A model generated the notes under the pieces. The model saw only the letters and a program-made list of their open reading frames with translations. It was not told where the DNA came from and searched no databases. The translations under genes were made by a program, and so were the position numbers. From Camelus ferus (taxonomy: Eukaryota): a DNA stretch of 64,000 nucleotides. Below are positions 25,166-37,376 of this stretch, piece by piece. Every line of letters begins with the position of its first letter. Within the stretch, counting starts at the first letter, position 1. Location: assembly GCF_009834535.1 (NCBI RefSeq), contig NC_045696.1:83764001-83828000 (forward strand), read 5' to 3'.

Positions 25166-27214
25166 ATACGTATGTAACAACCAACAGCAAAGATTTATTC
25201 TCACTCATGTTACACACCCCATATAGGGCGGTAGAGGCCTCTGCTCCGACTTCATCATTCAGGGACCCAGGCTTTGGAATTGGTTTTGGGAGGGAGACAA
25301 CTGGAGGGCCATCTATGCTTCAGCCTATAAATGATACAGGGGTTGTTCGCAGCTCGCTGGCGGGATCTGGCCCACGGCTCCACCTTAGTACAAGAGGGCT
25401 GGGACGTGGAGAGGAGAGCTCACAGATCATGTATGGCTCAGATGATGTCAGAGGGGAGGGTGGGAGTTAATATTCCTGGCCATGCCTTTCAGCCCCATTC
25501 TCCTCCTTTCACAAACCTGCACAAGTATAATAGCAGAGACCATAGGGTATCAGATCTAGACAGTGCCCTGCATCTCCCCAATTTACAGATCGGGGAACTG
25601 AAGCCGAGAGAGGCTGGGGGATTGGCTCAGGTTCCGCAGGTGGCCCCCCGCTCAGCTGCCTCCCCTGATGCTTTCCAGGGTAGCAGTGACCCTCCAGCAG
25701 GGTTCCCCTTGATCTCTCCTGATTTGTTCACTGGCTTCTTCTCCTTTGTGATTTTTATTTCGTTATTCTCTTCCCCTCATTCTGCCTCACCACATGTTTT
25801 AACAGTGACCTTGAAGAGTTTCATTAACACGTATGTGACCCTGAGTCATATGTGCATTTTCAACTCCTTGTTTCTGAACTATTTTTGGTGGCTCGAAATT
25901 AATTTTTATAAATACATTTTTAATACATGGAAGGCCAGAAGTGAACACATGCTGCAGTAAAAGGAATGATCTTATGAGATACACGTGTAAAGGGGACCTT
26001 TGCCCTGAGGGCTGGACCATAGGTTTCTAGGGTCAGTGTGCCAAAAAGCATGATCATGAGAACCAACAGAGAGGGTTTCATTTAAGCATGTATGCAAATG
26101 CCTTCACCTGCATGTATTATAGCGTATGTACTGTTAGTTTATATTAGCTGATGCTGTGAGTATCATCGTCTCCTTTTTCGTTGTAATAGATAACCACAGA
26201 CTGCCACAGCACCTGATGTGGTGGGATCCATGGCTTAGGGGACACGATCTGAAGGCTGCTAGTGGTTGTGAAATGTTGACTTTTCTCTCTTTGCATTTCA
26301 CCTTATTTCATCTAAAGAAAATATCCTGTGTCTTTTCTTTGGTTACCTGCCTGTAGCTTTTGAAAAGCTTATTCTAACAACTCCACTAGCATTTTGCCTG
26401 TATGTAGCCTTCAAGTTAAATAATACTTTATGAAATGCAGTCTTGCTCGCTCTCTCTTTCTTAATTTTCTTGGCTAATGTCTCGACTTTAGTCTTGAGTG
26501 TTTAGTAAACTTTGTGAATAATTATTTAAGGCCTCAGATGTTAAGAATAGTGCATTAATTATTTCATTTTCAAGAAACAAGCCTTTTATAAGAATGGAAC
26601 ATGAGTGATTTCCACTTCTCATTATTTTTTAAAGCTTCTTTAGAAAATGAACTTTTCTCCCTACACATAGAAGCTTGTTTAAAGCTACAAGGGTGAGTGA
26701 TTTTATTTTCACTGTGGGATTGCTCCTGCAAAAGCCAGATATCGATTCTTTTGTTAGAAGTACAGTAAAGTCATTTAAAAAAACTTGTTCCTTCTTTTTC
26801 TTTCAAGATGAACATTTTAAATGCATGTTCCTGCTCTTTCTGATAAATCACTGCCTAACTTAAGTTCTGTACATCATTTTGTGCTTTGTGTGTGTGTGTG
26901 GCAGTAACGAGATGGAAAAGGAACGTGGAGAAGTGAATACAAAAAAGATCTCTCTTCTGTCAGATCTTATAACTTACTTTTCCTAAGGGTTTGAGTGAAG
27001 CCTTTTTGCACAAAGTGAGAAGAAAGAAGTTGCAGAAGAGAGTTTTAGTCAAAGAAGGCTTTTCACTTAACAAAACAATAGCATCCTGTATCAATCCGGT
27101 AATTATTGCAGAATAATAGAAAACAGTATTTCTCTCTAACATGGAACAGCACCTTTATGTGACTGTATAATAGGATGGTTATGCATTTTAATTATAAATG
27201 TTTACTTCAGACAC

Positions 27215-27950
27215 CACTGAGGGGAGTGCAAGTTGGAATATTTGTGGAAGAGGATTTGGCAGTCTCTATCAAAATTTAAAATACACATGCCTTTGGGTGC
27301 AATATGTTGGATTAAATAAAAATCATGGTATACTCATGGAATGGATTACCCTGCTGGCATGAAAAAAAAGAGTGGAAACACTGTATGCACCCCTACAATA
27401 TGATTCCAATGTATTTTGTTAAGTGAAAAATCAAGGGGCAGAATAGCATATATGAAATGTTACTATGTGCGTTACAAAGGGAGAAATAAGTAAATGTACA
27501 TATTTATTACATGTAATCTATTGCTGGTATGCCCCAAATATGTTTGGGAAGGCATCCAAATAATCGCAAGTAATGGTAGTTGTAAGTGGGGAGCAAAATT
27601 AGATGGCTGGGTGGAAAATTGAGGAGGGAGGAGATCTTTTACCTTGGTGTTCTGGTGAATGTTCAACAACTTGGTAGAGTTGGGGGATTTGGTTTGTAGT
27701 ATTTGCCAGTTTCTGTAGTATAAATACTCCCACCACATCCACTTGGTATATCAAGGTGATGTCCATGATCTCCATGATCTCCATGATGTACATGGAGAGT
27801 TGGGAAGAGATACTTACAACAGCAGCCCTCTGTGCTAGTGTGAACCATCTCCAGGACAACCCTGCCTTTCACTCTTTACCATGTTGCACCTTCTGAATTT
27901 TAAACTATGTGAATTTATTATCTACTCAAAAAAAAAGTAAGTAAAATGTA
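27215..27950 (+). mobile_element. Old L1ME-like 3' fragment carrying a nested MER63A
   Basis: 'tttggcagtctctatcaaaatttaaaatacacatgcctttg...ttaagtgaaaaatcaag'. Confidence 0.55.
27643..27865. mobile_element. MER63A-like hAT-Blackjack MITE
   Basis: 'ctggtgaatgttcaacaac...tttgtagtatttgccagtttctgtagtataaatactcccacca...ggagagttgggaagagat'; contains a 9-bp triplication (tccatgatc) at ~27762-27788. Confidence 0.7.
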
Positions 27951-28774
27951 AAATTCTAGGTGTTCATGCTGAACTATTTGTTATCTGGTAACCAGATATT
28001 TTGAACATCAAAACCAAGGCTTTGTAATAGCAAGAACAAGAGTAATGAACTTTAAAAAATTGGGTATTTTTCCACCAAACTTCAAATATTATTATTAGTG
28101 CTGGAAAAAAAAAAAAGATGAGTCTGAGCAGAATTTTCAAAAGGTTCTGGGATTTCTGGTTTTAAAATATTTAACGTCATGTCATCTTTACTGAATTATG
28201 TAAGTTTTCATCAGTGTCCATTTGACATGTAAACAATCCCTACTGAAATGGAGAGAATTATTTTAGTGTGTCAGTCACAAAGGAGCCGCTTCCTGTGCAT
28301 TTCCTAGTCCATTTCTAGGCCTGAAGAGTGACACTTCCTGGTACTTGATTACTGTTTCCCCTTCTCAAAGTTATTAATTTTTACTCCACATGGAAGGGAG
28401 AAAAGGAAATCCAGAGGGCATCTCCTGCACCCCCCCTCATAACCAACCCCTCTCCAACCCATACTTCTCTACTTAGAGAAGAGTAAGCACTCTTCCCTAG
28501 CTTAAGGGTACAAGTATGGTCATGTATTTTTTTCTAATGAAATCATCTGAACCCCTCATATAATAGATTTTCAAGAAGTTTATTATCCCTCTTTGTTTCC
28601 TAAAAGAACCATGAACCCCAAGAGCTTAGTCAATCTAAGGAAGACAGCCTTGCTTCCAAATGTCTCGAGAGACAACCACAGAAACTGACCATCCAGTTAA
28701 CCCCAGTATGGGGAAGCCACCTCTTCTGTTGTTGCCACATTGTGTTAAAATGAGTTAAAACTAGTTCTGCACAA

Positions 28775-29257
28775 TATAAAGAAGGAAATCCCGCCATTTG
28801 TGACAACATGGATGAAGTGTGCGGGCACTATGCTAAATAAAATAAGTCAGACAGAGAAAGATAAATACTGCATGGTATCACTTATATATGAATCTAAAAA
28901 ACTGAACTCATAGAAATGAAGAACAGATTGGTGGTTGTAAGGGGCTGAGGGTGAGCAAAATGGGTGAAGGTCAAAGGGCACAAACTTCCAGTTGTAAGAT
29001 GATTAAGTCCTGGGGTTGTAATACATATAGCATTGTGACCATAGTTAACAATACTGTATTGAAAGTTGCTCAGAAAGTAGATTTCAAAAATTCTCACACA
29101 CATACATCAAATTGGAACTATGTGAGATGATGGATGTGTTGATTAGCCTTACTGTGGTAGTCATTTTGCAGTAAGTACATACATAAAATCATTATGTTGT
29201 ACATCTTAAACTTCTACACTGTTACATGTCATCTGTATCTCAATAAAGCCGGGGCAA
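28775..29257 (+). mobile_element. L1MA9-like 3' end
   Basis: 'gaaggaaatcccgccatttgtgacaacatggatga...ataagtcagacagagaaagataaatactgcatggtatcactta...tatctcaataaagc'. Confidence 0.85.
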
Positions 29258-29299
29258 ATTGGCATAGGCCTATTTCAGTCTAGCAAATGACCTAGCTGC

Positions 29300-29660
29300 T
29301 ATGTAAAGAACGAACTGGGGTAAGAAGAAATAAAAGCCTAAACCAGGGAAGTTGCAATGACAATAGAGGATGAATGAAGAGATAGATTGCTGAGACTTGA
29401 GATCCTTTGGTTGTTGGGAACAAGAAAGAAGGAAAATTTTGAGCCTGAGTTGGGAGCAGTGTGAGAGGAGAGTTGGTGAGGACACTTGGGGCCCAGGATG
29501 CTTGTGGGGCTTGTGGCATATCTTGGCAGTGTGGAATGTGTGACTTCAATTCAGAAGAGAGGATAAAGGAGGAGATAGACATTTGGGAGCCATCCGGTGA
29601 TAGCAATAAAGTGGGAGGAATTCTCCCAGAGAGAATGAAGATTGAGAAGAAAGTGAAAAG
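29300..29660 (-). mobile_element. L2 fragment
   Basis: Purine-rich antisense L2 text 'aattcagaagagagg...ggagatagacatttgggagccatc'. Confidence 0.55.
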
Positions 29661-30259
29661 CTTCCTAGTTTTCCTTCCAAACAGGTTCCTAGGGATCTTT
29701 AATATGCAATTACAACTTTGAGTTTCTATGCCTTATTTCTAATATGAGTGGCTGATAAAGCCTGAATATTTATTTTCCTACTTCCCAATGTAAGCAGAAC
29801 AGGAAAATAATTAAAGTACTTGCAGCTTGCAACATGATTAGAAATTTAAGAGCGTATTTATGAGATGTGGGTGTTTTGCTTTGAGAAATGCAGAAAGCAG
29901 GTCAGATAGAATAAATATTGATAAATAAACACATACAGTAGGCAATCCCAAAACATCGTGATTTTGGAAATCAAACCATCAAGCGTCTAATACTTTTGGC
30001 AAGAAGAGAGGAAGCTAAGGCCAATGAGAATTGGAAAGAACAGATGGCTGTCCTCAGGTGATAAATATTTAACATGAGCCATAGCAGGCATTGCTCAGTA
30101 GGTTGAAAAGATCTTAATGACCTAAAATTTATTTTAACTTTATCTGCTTCAATGAAAGGGAATACCCACCTCCTCAGGCAGTTTATTGTGACAGATAAGC
30201 CTTTGAAGATAAAATACTGACCTGAGCTGTATTTGACAAGGTGGAACAGGGCTGCAGGG

Positions 30260-30798
30260 CAGAGGCTACCAAACTTCCTCTGTTCATGGGACCCTTTGTG
30301 TCTCAGCATATTTTTCCCCACAGCATCCTTAGGCCCAAAGAAATACCTGACAGGTCAGTGTTTAAGTAATTAGATCCAAACAACTTCATAACTATTTCTG
30401 TGCTAGCAACTTAGTAGCCATTTGAAAAAACTAATTCACATAAATTGAAAGAAAAAATATATCATTCTTGAATAACCACAGTTACCTCCTAATGGGACGT
30501 GTGCATCTGTTGTGCACTGCACAACTTCTCAAACCTTGGAGTCAAACTGGATCCCACTATCCTTACTTCCTGTTCCTCATTACTTTCTGTGTAGTACTTG
30601 TGGCAGAAAACCCAGCTTCTAAAAGATGGTGTTACCCAAAGGAATGTTTTGTGGTCTGAAAATTACCTCAAGCTTGTAATTCATGGGCTGACAGATGCTA
30701 AATATCACTGTGTTTCCTTTAAAAATGTAAAAGTTCCACAGCTCCCCTGTGAGTTTCCTGCATCACCGTGAGATGGCATACAGTCGGGGGAACTGCAG
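30260..30798. mobile_element. MER119-like hAT-Charlie element
   Basis: 'aaagaaatacctgacag...ccaaacaactt...gcaacttagtagccatttgaaaaaa...gcactgcacaacttctcaaaccttgga' matches the recalled MER119 consensus. Confidence 0.75.
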
Positions 30799-31944
30799 CT
30801 TTAGAGAATTAGGAGGTAGTCAAAAATCAGAATGGGACCAGGGAACAGAACGTTTAGAAGATCATCTCTTTGATAATCAAGTGGTTTCCTCAACTGTGAG
30901 AAACTAAGATTCACTGAGTTCACAAGAAGCCTCATAATTTGCTCCCAGTTATGCATCAACATGAGTTTTCATGACTCCCTTTCTAAAGAATATAATTAGT
31001 CTTCAAGATAAAGCAAAAATCTCTTATCCTAAGATCCCCTGAGAATTCTTAAGTAAAATAAGATCAGATCATGTCAGTGCTTTGGTGGGCAGAATCCAGG
31101 AATTGTATAGGTCTGACAAGGTGTGATTTGTTTTCCTCGTGGAGTATACTGAGCTGTTCCTCTGGCACTTTGTTAAAGGACACAGTGTCAGAGCTATTAT
31201 CTATTACAGAGGCCAGGAAATGACTTGGCATCTAATCACTACCAAGCCTGGAGATATTATAGATGAATGAAATATTAGGCTCCTGCATCACCTTAATTCT
31301 GTTCCAAATTGGATCCCAAAATTAAATCCTTGTTTCCCGCCTTTAATTGCTTAACTTGCTTTTTTTTTTTTTTTTACTGCTATGACAGCAAATTCATTGT
31401 AAGCTATAATTTATCAACTGTCTAATGTCATGATTAGGTAGAACCACAAGATTACCTCTAGCTTCTAGGATACTTATAAAGAAAACTTATTTCCCTTTTC
31501 CCTGGAATCAGCCTGATTCTAGATTGTGTCATCTGTGCAAGGAAGCAAAAGGAACAATTACTTATTTTTTTTCAAGTGTCTGCCTATTCTGTACTATGCA
31601 GTTTTACTGCCTCAATAAATTTAGAATTCACAAGAATACTTGAAGTACATAGAACAGTCTGTGTTTTGCTGGTGAGGAAAATCCGCCTCAGAAGTATTAA
31701 GTGCGTGAGTAGGAATTCTAACGCCAACATCCATGTTCTTTTTACTATATACTGTCTCTTTCTCTCCTGGGACACCTGGGCAATGGCACCAAATAATGCA
31801 AAGCCCATGTCTGATCTGTGCCCCTCCATTCTAGTATTACAAGCCCAGGATAGAACCTAGTTAGGGTTTGGATTAGGGCTACAGATTGGGAACGTCCCAA
31901 CAGCCAATGTCCAGAGGTTGTTTCTGTTGTGTTCTCTCAGATTC

Positions 31945-32685
31945 CTGAGTTGAATTATGAGTCATACATTCCCAGTTGAGGTCAAACTAGGCCACGCTCT
32001 GCTTTCTTGTTTCAATTCTCATACTGTAAACAAGTGTCTTTCCACACTCAATCTAGTGCCACAATTTCCACATTTTTGTGCTTTTTGTTGGTAATTTTGC
32101 TGCTTAAATGGTCCCCTAGTGTTGTGCTGAAGTGCTGTTTATAGTTCCCATGTGTAATAAAACTGTGATGTGCCTTCCGGAGAAAATAAATGTGTTAGGT
32201 AAGCTTCATCCAGGTGTGAGTTATAGTGCTGTTGGCTGTGAGTTCAATGCTAATGAATCAACAGTACAATATAACCAGAAAAAGGGAGAAGAAATTCACT
32301 TATCTGTACGTAAGGCTGCTCTGGATAATGCGAAAGTCTCATCTACAGTTCATGATGAAGCTGTGGAAAAGATAGAAAGGCAGCTACATTTGTGGATGCA
32401 TAAGATGTTGACTGATTTAAAGAAAGCATAGTAGACAGCATTGTTCTGAGGCTGAAGCCTGAGGAAATTTATGGTCACTTTACCCATCGTCAGGATAATG
32501 TTCTCAGCTACTGCCTTATTATAAAGCGGTTCTGCATATGATTAAACAAAGTTTTATATTTATCAGTTGAAGAGCACGTTGTGACCAAAAGCTTGCAGGA
32601 ACCTAATCCTGAGTTTCCCCTAGGAACAATGGCTCACTAGTCATTTATTCAGTGTTCACAGTGACTTTATAACTGTGAACTGTGA
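31945..32685 (+). mobile_element. Tigger6/MER82-like element retaining the transposase N-terminal HTH region (dead)
   Basis: ORF 32132-32431 (…VMCLPEKINVLGKL…YSAVGCEFNANESTV…KIERQLHLWM…) is a CENP-B/pogo-type HTH; the in-frame ATG at 32108 is followed by TAG at 32117-32119. Confidence 0.8.
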
Positions 32686-34000
32686 TTTCCTCTCATTTTA
32701 ATTTACTTATCTTGTACTATACCTGAAATTGGCCTTTTTGTGTTCAATAATCATAAATATTTCTTCTTTGTCAAGTGGCAGTATAATGTAGCAATTAAGA
32801 ATGCATACAAAGCTATGATGAATTTGATTGCATTGATTGTATGACATGATAATGTACTTTGTCCTCTAAGAAAGATATTGGCAGCTTCCTTCCTTGGATG
32901 TCTGAGTGAGAAAAAAAAAAAAGAATGCAAAAAATGTCCAAAATGATATCCTGGCTCCACTTTAATTTGATATCAAGAAATCTGGGTTCTGAAATGTTTT
33001 CTTCCATACATATGTGATTGCTGTTACTTTCTGAGCTTTTCTTTTCACTTATATAAAATGAAGGTATGAATTTTTCCAGTTGTTTTTATAGTCTATAAAA
33101 TAAGGGTGTTATATTCCAGATCAACTCTAAATTTACTTCTGCACTGTGCATTTGGGAATCAATGACTGTTATAATTTTTTTGGAGGCAGAGCATAACTAC
33201 TGGGATAATATCTACATTTATGATTCTATCTTGAAGGACTGATATGTCTGAAGAATTTTAGAATGATACTTTTCCTGGGAGTTGTTTTCTATATAAAATT
33301 TAGGATTGCTGGGATAGTCTGATATCTTGGCATTTGTTGACTCAAATTAGTAAATAAAACCTGAATTCTCATTTCATCAAATAAAAATTCCAATTTTTAT
33401 ACTATATTATTATAATATTATTATATTATCTGTATTGTTATCTATGTTTTCACTGTCTCTAACTGTGCACATTACCCTGGAGACAAATCTATGTGTTTAC
33501 TTTTAAATATAGTTGACTATCACATAGTAAGTGAAGTAATTTATGATAATTTTAGCTAACGAGGAATACAGTCACCAAAATTTAAGTTGCTCAACTTCCA
33601 GCTAAAGTAAAAATAGCCTTTAGTCTGTGGTATGTAGGAGCAAAAACAGTAGAAAGCCATTCTTATGACAGAATTTGTAACTAGTCCCCAAGATACTGAG
33701 TTTTTTATCTGATCTTCTACACCTTTCTGTATAACCAGATGTTTCTTATTCCTACTCAGCTGCCTGTTCAAACTTGCTTCTAATAATCAGGCCCAGAATC
33801 GATACTCATATCCTTTGTATAGTTTGTACTCAGATAATCTAGCCTGCCAGGATACATAATAAGTTCCCAGAAGTTACCAATCCAGGATAATAACATTTTC
33901 TTAGAACTTTTTTCAAAATTATCAATGATGCTTATATTAAAATGGCCAGATATTAATGAAGAAAAGCATACATTCAATGAAAGGAATTGACTTATCTAGG

Positions 34001-34425
34001 TGTAGCAAACATTGCCATTTGTTGGCTGCTGTCTGGTTTCTTTTGAATGCCTTATTTATGTTTTGATAATTTCCCACACTATGAAGCTTTGCTTCTCTGA
34101 TGGAGAATCCAGAAAACTCACTTCTCTAGACTCTTTTGCCCCAGGCTAGGGGCATAGAATCTAGATTCTGTCATTTACACTCTGGAAGACAGTCAAAAGT
34201 AAGCAACCTGAGTATGTAAAATCCATTTTTTTTTTCTGGAATGGTAACTGGGATATGCAGCTTTTCACAGTAGAAGTCTCTTTATTGGCCAAATCTCTGT
34301 GTGTTCCTGTATGCTTGACCTCTACCCTGTTTCACTAACTTGTTTAATGAACCTATGCATTCCCTAATATCCTTTAACAAATTATTTCTCTACTTAGATT
34401 AGGCAGAATGTATTATGGTATTTCA
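34001..34425 (+). mobile_element. LTR16-like ERVL LTR (degraded)
   Basis: TGTAGC start, 'cacttctctagactcttttgccccaggctagggg', 3' end 'ctttaacaaattatttctctacttagattaggcaga'. Confidence 0.45.
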
Positions 34426-36798
34426 AAGATAATTAAAAATATTTAAAGTTTTTTTATCAAAATACTATAACACATTTTTTAAAAACAAAAAGATTATAAT
34501 AAACATGAGCCGTCTTTCCATCTTTCTTCCTTTTCAGCCCCTTTACCCAGAGACATTCACTTTCTACAACTTAGTTGATTGATCTGGTATTTTCCCCTTC
34601 TCCATATATAAATTATATGAGTATATAACTTTTTATTTATCACATTTAGATATTACCTATTGACTATGGATTTGTCTTTTTTACATTCGCCTTTCTTCCC
34701 TTCCTATATCTTCTCTATTTTTATAAAATATTTGCTTCAATTATTGGTCAGTGTTTACTCTGTAGATGCTATGTATTAATAAGCCAAGTAGTGTACTATT
34801 ATTTTATTTTACTTCTTTTAGCCTTTTGCTTTTCCTGCAATTAATAATTACCTTGCTCTCCCCTTGTTTTGTTTGATTTTTGACCTATCTTTTAAAATTC
34901 TCTGTCAGATCATTCAAACACCCATTACTACTATTTTTTTCAAATGTTCAAATAAATCTGATAATTTGGAGACCTGATCCCTCTTCACTGCCTTAGTCTG
35001 TACTGGTTGCTTTCTAGCCTAAGGCACGCGTCCTGGTAGGACTCCATTTTGTAGCTTTCTTGTGTTGGATCCTTTGTTTTCTAGGCTCTAACCTACCTCT
35101 TTATTGTTTTACAGTCACATTTTGCTAAAGCACATCTTACAGAATCTTCCTGATAACGGATATTTGGGATTTTGAATCCATGCACTCTTGCAAATTCTCT
35201 GTTCACTCCTCACACTTGATCCTTTGGGTATTAAATTGAGTATTTTTTCCCATTGCATTTTTCTATGAGCAGCACTTCTCCTTTTAATAAAAAAGAATTG
35301 TTTTTTAATTGTCATTTTATGCAAATTAATTTGTAACTCATAGTCACTACTGAAGTGAGTATAATGGGTGTCTGCACCCATTAGGTGGGCATTTTCATAT
35401 CTGAATATACTTTGCCACCTTTAAAAGGAGCTAAATATTTCACAGTGTCAAGTTTGTGAACTATTTTGGATATCATCAAAATAATGTGAACAATGTTGAT
35501 TCTCTTCTTCAGGGCCCAAGGAAATCTAGTGAACTGTAAGAATTGGACTTATGACTTAGTATGTATTACCAGCGAGGAGGATTAGAACCCTGTTTTGGAT
35601 ATTATCATTTCTAACAAAATCTGCCAGATAAATACTGAGAGTCATTGGTGTTATGATGACTTTTTTGTGCTTAAAAAAGTTTACTGCCAGAAATCCTGGC
35701 TTCTCCCATTAATTCAAAGACTTTTTGAAATGAAAAGTCCCAAAAGGTAAATTTTAAGATTTAAATATTAAGATAAATAAAAAAGTGATTTAAAAATTGT
35801 TAAATAAAATATAACAGGTAGTTTCTATGAAAGTAAGCTTTGATCCTGTAGAAAATTCTGGGTCAAGCTATAAAAGTACTTCTATGAAAATAGCAATCCT
35901 TAAGTTTCTAATATTTTATTTTTACATACTACATCTCTCTATTCTGGCATATCCATATGCAGTATTGTACACACATGAGGCACTCGGTAAATAATGGTAT
36001 GAAGCACAAATAAATGAGAGATGTATTAAATGTTTAAATAAGAAAGTTCGCAGAGTTCTTTTTTGCAGTGGAACTCATAATTATGTAAGTTCTGTACTAA
36101 CTGTAAATTAGGAACTTACAGTATCTAAAGATTGCCTTCTCTCCTCCTCCTCCTTTTTTTACTCAATATCTCACTCAAGGCATGTCTTGAGTGATATGTC
36201 TTGTCACCATCTCTGCCACTTGATTGTGAATGTTAGGAGAATTCGGTCTGTGATTAATTCATCTTTGTATTTACCCCAGCAGCTACCATTTTACTCTGCA
36301 CACAGAAGGTGTTCAATCATTGTCTGCAGAGTTTAGTCATTAGTGAATCTTTGGTTGACTATCCACCAGGTTCGGCAATGTGATAGTACCTTTCCAATAA
36401 AGGAATGAGAAATGGAAGTTGCATAGAAAAAGATATTAAGGTAAATGGTGGGACAACAATGTACAGAGAGCATGGTTAAATATAAGGACACATCTTTTAA
36501 GAATTCATCTAAAAATTTCACAGTAGCTTAATACCTTTGAGATCTTTGGTAGAATTCCTTTAAATAACACAAGGAGGATATTGATTTTAACCAGCAAGGG
36601 ACTTGATTAGTGCCCTGACTTTGTTAGGATGAAAACAATACCGTTCAGAGAATGTTCTTTCACAAAAGCCTTTTTAAAGAAACATATAGGCCTTTTGAAG
36701 TCTATCCATGAAAGTACCTGAGGTTAAGAAGTATTTTTAGAAAGTTGAAAAGGTAACTTTTTATTCATGAAAATATGAAAAAAATGAATGATAGAATA

Positions 36799-36928
36799 TT
36801 TTTATTTATTTATTTGGGGTGGGGGGTAATAAGGGTTTTATTTATTTTTAATGGTGGTGCTGGGGATTGAACCCAGGACCTTGTACATGCTGGGCATGCA
36901 CTCTACCACTGAGCTATACCCTCCCCCC
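36799..36928 (-). mobile_element. Camelid tRNA-derived SINE (Vic-1-like)
   Basis: Reverse complement reads ggggagggtatagctcagtggtagagtgcatgcccagcatgtacaaggtcctgggttcaatccccagc; TSD tgaatgatagaat / tgaatgatacaat. Confidence 0.9.
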
Positions 36929-37274
36929 TTCTGAATGATACAATCTAAAGTGTGTAAATATGTTTTTGAGGAGAAATCTAAAAACCAGAATGCTAAAGGA
37001 TGACCTAGGTCTTGGATCCCTATGTCAGGGAATTTAATTTGTCTAGGAAACCTACTTGAGACCTGCCAGCTCTTTCATCATCTCATTGTGTTTGCCCTAA
37101 CAAGAGTACTGGTTCGTCATAATTTCTAAAATAATACTGATTTGAAGCATCAAAAAAGTCATCTCTACATATACTGCCTACTCAAATTGCCATCTTTTCT
37201 TGCTTACCTCTTTCTCTCAGTCTCCTTGGCTGCTAGGCAAAATGCAGATTCCTTGTGGGCAGGGCTTGCTTACT

Positions 37275-37376
37275 GTTTTTTGTGGTTTTTTTTCTTTAAA
37301 GGAGGTGCTAGAGATCGAACCCAGGACCTCCCACGTGCTAAGCATGTGCTCTACTACTGAGCTATACTCCACCACC
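37275..37376 (-). mobile_element. Camelid tRNA-derived SINE (short form)
   Basis: A box and B box (ggttcgatctc) on the minus strand; 15-bp TSD cagggcttgcttact (37260-37274) / caggacttgcttact (37377-37391). Confidence 0.9.

Noticed and set aside
25331..25960. Longest ORF in the track (209 aa)
   Set aside because: It spans MLT1-like and MIR-like remnants ('LQIGELKPRE' is a typical MIR translation) and AT-rich sequence; no recognisable domain or exon structure.
26671..26692. 22-nt plus-strand micro-exon candidate (…catag|…AAGG|gtgagt)
   Set aside because: Good splice dinucleotides but no partner exons or recognisable peptide; expected by chance in 64 kb.
29942..30061. Protein-like open frame AIPKHRDFGNQTIKRLILLARREEAKANENWKEQMAVLR
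   Set aside because: No pyrimidine tract at the putative acceptor, a weak donor, and no recognised homologue.
36855..36925. tRNA-like sequence (also near 7885 and 37300)
   Set aside because: These have SINE tails and TSDs and lack an intact acceptor stem, so they are SINE heads rather than tRNA genes.
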